A stretch of 64,000 bases of DNA from the human T2T-CHM13v2.0 reference genome, Homo sapiens. The translations under genes and the position numbers were made by a program. Location: the NCBI RefSeq assembly GCF_009914755.1, contig NC_060932.1; one strand, given 5' to 3'. The notes under the pieces are model-generated. The model saw only the letters and a program-made list of their open reading frames with translations, did no database searches and was not told where the DNA came from. Position 1 is the first letter of the stretch. Each line of letters begins with the position of its first letter. This document shows, in pieces, positions 58,030 to 64,000 of this stretch.

Positions 58030-58240
58030 AGACAGACTGCTGGCTCGGGGTCATACTCTAGCTCTTCCATTTTCTAGCTTTGTGAGTTTGGGCAAGTTTC
58101 TTAACCTTTCTGTGCCTCTGGTTTTTCATCTATAAATATTCAACTAACATCACCTGTAGGTGAAGCTATTCAACAATACACGAGCCAATGATATTAGTGG
58201 CTCTGGGTTGCAACTGTGACAAGAGAGCAAGTCATTGCTA
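58030..58240 (+). mobile_element. MIR
   Basis: GTGAGTTTGGGCAAGTTTCTTAACCTTTCTGTGCCTCTGGTTTTTCATCTATAAA. Confidence 0.7.
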
Positions 58241-58384
58241 TTAAGAAGTTCCCCTCTAATGTGGGAGATGCATAAATAAACAGACAGCCATTATAATCCA
58301 CAATAAGGGTTCCCACAAGGGCAATTAAGGGCTACGTGGGAGCACATTGCTCCCTAAATGTAAAGACTGCTCTTTTTTAACTAA

Positions 58385-58552
58385 TTGTTCTACCTGGTTA
58401 CAGGTCCCATACAGAGAGAAGAAACAGACAACCTGAATCACATTCAAAAGAGAGTCTCCACAATAGTGAGGGCTGCAAAACCAGGTGACATGAAAACCAA
58501 GAGAATGAATTACATAGATTTGTTTAACCTAAGGAAGAAAAGATTCTGGACA
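58385..58552 (+). mobile_element. CR1/L3 LINE ORF2 C-terminal remnant (probably resumes about 60700-60850)
   Basis: DNLNHIQKRVSTIVR...DLFNLRKKR resembles CR1 DKLERVQRRATRMV...GLFSLEKRR. Confidence 0.65.
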
Positions 58553-58728
58553 CGTGAGGGCCGATTTTCATTCCTCAGAGCTCTCTCCTTTGGAGGCTTC
58601 TTTGTTTGGGCCCCACTTCCATTCTTCACATTCAGCAGTTACTGGGAGACGACCTTACCATGGCCTGTCCCTCCGTGTTCATCCCAATCGCATCCAGATG
58701 CCTCTCTGGCCTCATCTCCTAGTGTTCC

Positions 58729-60317
58729 TGTGTCCGGAATTGGTGGGTTCTTGGTCTCGCTAACTTCAACAATGAAGCCTCGGACCCTGGCGGTGAGTGT
58801 TACAGTTCTTAAAGGCAGCGTGTCCGGAGTTTGTTCCTTCTGATGTTTGGATGTGTTCGGAGTTTCTTCCTTCTGGTGGGTTCATGGTCTCCTTGGCTCA
58901 GGAGTGAAGCTGCAGACCTTCGCGGTGAGTGTTACAGCTCTTAAGGCGGCGCGTCTGGAGTTGTTCGTTCCTCCCGGTGGATTCGTGGTCTCGCTGGCTT
59001 CAGGAGTGAAGCTGCAGACGTTCGTGGTGTTATAGCTCATAAAGGCAGTGTGGACCCAAAGAGTGAGCAGTAGCAAGATTTATTGCAAAAAGCGAAAGAA
59101 CAAACCTTCCACTGTCCGGAAATGGATCTGAGTGGGTTGCTACTACTGGCTGGGCAGCCTGCTTTTATTCTCTTATCTGGCCCCACCCACATCCTGCTGA
59201 TTGGTCCATTTTACAGAGAGTGGAGTGGTCTGTTTTGACAGGGCGCTGACTGGTGCGTTTACAATCCCTGAGCTAGACACAAAGGTTCTCCACGTCTCCA
59301 CTAGATTAGCTAGATACAGAGTGTCCACACAAAGATTCTCCAAGTCCCCACCAGAGTAGCCAGATACAGTGTCAGTTGGTGCATTCACAAGCCCTGAGCT
59401 AGAGACAGGGTGCTGATTGGTGTTTACAAACCTTGAGCTAGATACAGAGTGCCGATTGGTGTATTTACAATCCTTTAGCTAGATATAAAGGTTCTCCAAG
59501 TCTCCACCAGAGTAGCTAGATACAGAGTGTGGATTGGTGCATTTACAAACCCTGAGCTAGACAGTTTGCCGATTGGTGTGTTTACAAACCTTGAGCTAGA
59601 TACAGAGTCCCAATTGGTGTATTTACAATCCCTTAGCTAGACATAAAGGTTCTCCAAGTCCCCACCAGACTCAGGAGCCCAGCTGGCTTCACCCAGTGGA
59701 CCCCGCACTGGGGCCACAGGTGGAGCTGCCTGCCAGTCCCCCGCAGTGCGCCCGCACTCCTCAGCCCTTGGGTGGTCGATGGGACTGGGCGCCGTGGAGC
59801 AGGGGGTGGCGCTCGTCGGTTAGGCTTGGGCCGCACAGGAGCCCACGGAGGAGGGGGAGGCTCACGCATGGCGGGCTGCAGGTCCCGAGCCATGCGCCGC
59901 GGGGAGGCAGCTAAGGCTCGGCGAGAAATCGAGTACAGCGCCGGTGGGCCGGCACTGCTGGGGGACCCAGCACACCCTCCGCAGCCGCTGGCCCGGGTGC
60001 TAAGCCCCTCATTGCCCGGAGCCGGCAGGGCCGGCCGGCTGCTCCGAGTGCGGGGCCCGCCAAGCCCACGCCCACCCGGAACTCCAGCTGGCCCGCAAGC
60101 GCCGCGCGCAGCCCCGGTTCCACTCGCGCCTCTCCCTCCACACCTCCCTGCAAGCTGAAGGAGCGGGCTCCGGCCTTGGCCAGCCCAGAGAGGGGCTCCC
60201 ACCGTGCAGCGGTGGGCTGAAGGGTTCCTCAAGCGCGGCCAGTGTGGGCGCCAAGGCCAAGGAGGCGCCGAGAGCGAGTGAGGGCTGCGAGGACGGCCAG
60301 CACTCTGTCACCTCTCA
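58729..60317 (-). mobile_element. Solo LTR12C (ERV9 LTR), 1589 bp
   Basis: Reverse complement TGAGAGGTGACAG...CCAATTCCGGACACA; CpG-rich U3; tandem U3 and U5 repeats; perfect 4-bp TSD TTCC. Confidence 0.95.
59130..59670 (-). promoter_or_regulatory. LTR12 U3 enhancer/promoter: repeated CCAAT (NF-Y) boxes and TATA-like AATAAAA
   Basis: Multiple ATTGG(TG) units in about 40-bp tandem repeats; TTTTATT at 59163-59169; established ERV9 LTR architecture. Confidence 0.7.
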
Positions 60318-60700
60318 TTCCCTTCACACTTGCACTGCTCTGGCCACAAGGACATCCTGGTGTTTCTTAAAGCCTCCAGGCACATTTCCTCCTGGGGTCT
60401 TTGCATTTGTTGCCTCTTGTGCCAGTTCTGCCTCTCACCAGTTATTCACTTACTTACTCCCTTTCTCCAGAAACTTACTCAATGCCAGAGTTCTTCCTAT
60501 GGCCCTTCACTGTTTTGTTTTGTTTTCAGTAGATCATATCTGTTCCAACCTAGAAAGATAATTCATGTACTTATCTTTATTGTCTGACTTCCCTACTATA
60601 ACTTAAGTCCCGTGAGAGTAACAAGATTTGTGTTGTCTCATGCTGAGTCCCAGAGCCAATGACATTATCTGACAGTAGGAGTCCCTCGTACATATATGTT
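60318..60700 (+). mobile_element. L2 3' region (continuation of about 58630-58728)
   Basis: CTGGCCACAAGGACATCCTGG...TATTGTCTGACTTCCC...TATGTTGAG. Confidence 0.6.
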
Positions 60701-61395
60701 GAGCAAAAGCAAACAAGAATGGATTTTATAATAGCCAGTGCTCTTGAAAGATTGAATTGGAGAGCTTGGGATGAAATGAGATCCCTATCATTGGAGGGGT
60801 TCAAGCCTAGGTTGGAACAACCTTGGTAGCGATTTTGTAGAGAGCATTCGAGAATTGGGTGGTAATTAAATGTGTTTTGTTCTCTTGAATCACTGACAGA
60901 GCCCAGTTTATAAATAGATGAAGGGTAAATAGCACCATATTTTACAGAAGCAATGCCCTTCCTGTCTGGATCTCAGACTCTGCAGCTAACAGAAAGTACC
61001 TAATTGCCTTATGAGTTGGATTTAAAAATAATTATTGATTTGATTAAATATTTATAATTTATTTAAATGCATGTTAATTATTAAATTATGCTTAATGACT
61101 AAATCATTTTGCTAATCAAATATTTTTTAATAATTAAAAATTAAACCATGCTGGCTTTATTTTTGATAAATCACAACATCCTAAACCTCATTTTCAGGGT
61201 CATATGATTTTAAACATAGACACTAATTACACTGGTGGCATTTTACATTAATTGTATGACCCAATCTTAAATTGGCATCTTAAAAACTAGAAATATAAAT
61301 TTCACTGTCAAAATAAAAACAAATACAGCAATCAGGATGTGTGTTCTGTATGGTTATTATTTTACATATATGATTTTCTTAATGGACAGATAACA

Positions 61396-61527
61396 CTTTT
61401 TTTGTTCGTTTTGAGACGAGGTCTCACTATGTTTCCCAGGCTGGACTTCAACTCCTGGGCTCAAGTAATCCTCCCTCCTCAGCCTCCTGAGTAACTGGGA
61501 TTACAGGCACATGCCACTGTGCCAGAC
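61396..61527 (-). mobile_element. Alu monomer (FLAM/AluJ fragment)
   Basis: GAGGTCTCACTATGTTTCCCAGGCTGG...GATTACAGGC. Confidence 0.85.
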
Positions 61528-61947
61528 TAAACAATGCTCATTTTTAAAAGAATATCACACAGTAGGAAAATAGTCATTTCATCATATCTTTTCCTTAATT
61601 TTAGACCACTGAAATTAAGTATTTTTTTTTTATCCACGCTTTCTATGGGCAGTAATCCTTGGCTCCTTCTCCTATGCCCCTTCAGAAACATTGAATTTTA
61701 CACATTTTTGAGTTCCTCCCAATTTAAAACCTTCAGCATTTTCTCACCACAAAAGGACACAAAGTCTTTTCTTAGTTTTCTGGGGCCTGGCTGTCATACT
61801 GTGTTACCGTATCTGCTCCATTCTCATTTCTTATACTTGAATCTCCATAAGACCCCTGTGTGAAAAGATAGGAAGGTATAGAATTTTAAAATTTTGGATT
61901 TTAGAATTTTCAAGTATCTTACATATCTGTAATTTATGGTGCGTGAA

Positions 61948-61957
61948 TGTGTGCGTG

Positions 61958-61991
<34 letters not shown>
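61948..61991 (+). repeat. (TG)n microsatellite
   Basis: Direct reading. Confidence 0.95.
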
Positions 61992-61995
<4 letters not shown>

Positions 61996-63766
61996 AATCT
62001 CATTCCAGTTAGTTAACATTGAAGCATCCTTCTTGGCAATACACATTCTAAGTCAGTTAGCCTTTGAAAACCTAATCAGAAGCCTACAGACTAGCGGTGC
62101 TATTAGAAGGATGTGCTTATGTCATTGCAGTCGTGGTTTCACAGGTGTGTACTTATCATCAAACTCGTCAAATTGTATAAATTAAATATATAGCTTTTCT
62201 TTGTATGTCAATCATACCTCGGTAAAGTGGTTTGAAAAAACGATTCAACTTTCTTCGTGAATGATCAACACTAGAGAGTTTATTAATTAGTATGAGAGTT
62301 GTTAGACATAATTTTTAAACTGGTGAAATGAACGGGTCCAAGAACTTGAATTGGCCAGATGGATTGTAAGGCCTCTGCCATTGCATGAACGCATTATAAC
62401 AATCCATTGATGAAATTACTCTGTTTCAGAATAAATTTGTCAGAGTATATAAAAGAAAAGAGAACAGAAATGTTATTGAGCTAGTACAGTTAACTTACTT
62501 TTTTTTTCTTTACAGCTTTACTAATAAACATTTGAATATCTGACCAAATTTGCTCAGAGACTAGCTTTCTGGGAATATGACAGCCGGTAGAAAGACCCAA
62601 AGGGGAGACCTTGCACACTCACCAAACTCCAACCATTAAAAGCTACTTGTAGTTAACCCAAAATCTTTTAACTGTGAGCAACCACGTGGGCTAATGTTGA
62701 TTAAGATATGCCCTTCAGATTCCCTGTGAACTTCGAAACTTGCAAAAATCCTAGCAGTTGAAGTACATGATAACTATCAGAAACATTTGCCAAGAAGTAA
62801 AAAAATGAACTATATGATTTACGCTATATTAAGTGAGCTATGAATTTTCTAAAATCAACTAATAGCTTATATGCAAGCAACAACTATCCTTCAAATGAAT
62901 TAGGTTCCCAAAATGTAATTGTATATGGGTCATTGAAATTCAACACCTTGTATTCATATAAATATTATTGTGAATGGTGGTTAAGTATCTTATTTAGGCC
63001 ATGAACCTGCCTAACATGATGTAAACAGAAATACTACAGCTACAAAGACAAATCAGCTCATTTAAGAATCTAACTACTAAATAATACCAAAATATGTAAG
63101 TCTTGATGAAGAAGAATAATTTTATTTATTTGAGTAATTGAATTCATTTATTTGAATATGAGCTTAAAAATATGGAGGATAGGATTTCTAAAAATTCTGG
63201 GCAAATTTGTGAGTTTAAATGTTGAGGACACTTAAAATTTTCTTTATAGAAAGTTTGAGTTAGGTTGCTTGGATGTTCAGAAAAGTAACAAACTAAGCAG
63301 GGAGATAGAAGTTCTTAAAATAATTGGATAAAACATGAAGAAGATGGGGAGGACTAAATTAGCTAAGGGGAATGCATATAATTATGGAAGAAAACATTTA
63401 CCTGGGATGATATTAACTTAGCTATAACTAGAGGTAAAATGTTGAGAGAAAAAAATAAAAATGAAATAGTATGGTTTGGGTGATTTATCCTGAAAGAGAG
63501 AGAAGGGAGGCGATTGTGATAGAAAAAAACCTTCTAGGGAATAGATTTCTAACCTCATCACGAGGGCACGGTTCGCTGAAGACAACTGGTTGGTCCTTAG
63601 CAGCTACACCTGAGATCCCTGAGCCATGGGGCAGCAACATGCAATGGTTCTCACCCTTTGAATCTTCATTTCTATTGCTTTATGTTTATAAGTCACAGAT
63701 TTTCAATACATCTGTAGCACAACTTATTGTCTGCTCTCAAAACCTCAACTTTAAAATCTGGGGTCT

Positions 63767-64000
63767 TGTCCAGGCACAGTGGCTCATGCCTGCAATCCCA
63801 GCACTTTGGGAGGCCCAGGTGGGTGGATCATTTGAGGTCAGGAGTTTGAGACTAGCCTGGCCAACTTGGTGAAACCTTGTCTCTAATAAAAATACAAAAA
63901 ATTAGCCGGGCGTGGTGGCAGGCGCCTGCAATCCCAGATACTCAGGAGGCTGAGGCAGGAGAATCACTTAAACCCTGGAGGCGGAGGTTGCAGTGAGCTG
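63767..64000 (+). mobile_element. AluS, cut by the window edge
   Basis: CAGTGGCTCATGCCTGCAATCCCAGCACTTTGGGAGG. Confidence 0.95.

Noticed and set aside
59240-59670. CRISPR-like array of about 40-bp repeats
   Set aside because: Tandem LTR12 U3 enhancer repeats without unique spacers; eukaryotic DNA, no cas genes
59633-60311. GC-rich ORFs up to 199 aa and an apparent CpG-island gene promoter
   Set aside because: Entirely inside LTR12C; long frames are expected from GC content

Overview
Primate (very probably human) non-coding genomic DNA, dominated by interspersed repeats: Alu, L1PA/PB/MB/MC/ME, L2, MIR, CR1/L3, MaLR (THE1A, MST, MLT1), ERVL/ERV1 LTRs, Tigger1 and hAT fossils. I find no recognisable protein-coding exon, tRNA, rRNA or CRISPR array. 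Nearly all ORFs in the track are repeat-derived or chance ORFs. Best-supported non-TE feature: a full-length U11 snRNA retropseudogene (16644-16776) inserted in an L1M. Most interesting hypotheses: (i) an intact solo LTR12C (ERV9) on the minus strand, followed 70 nt later by a strong splice donor, with several well-formed minus-strand exon candidates in unique DNA downstream (a possible LTR12C-driven spliced lncRNA with a possible 55-aa ORF); (ii) a decayed Ty3/Gypsy gag-protease relic resembling PNMA-type capsid (about 905-3130, minus); (iii) deeply nested TE stacks, one possibly containing an L1 3' transduction. Repeat families were assigned from recalled consensus sequences, not a database search. 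Boundaries of old elements are approximate.
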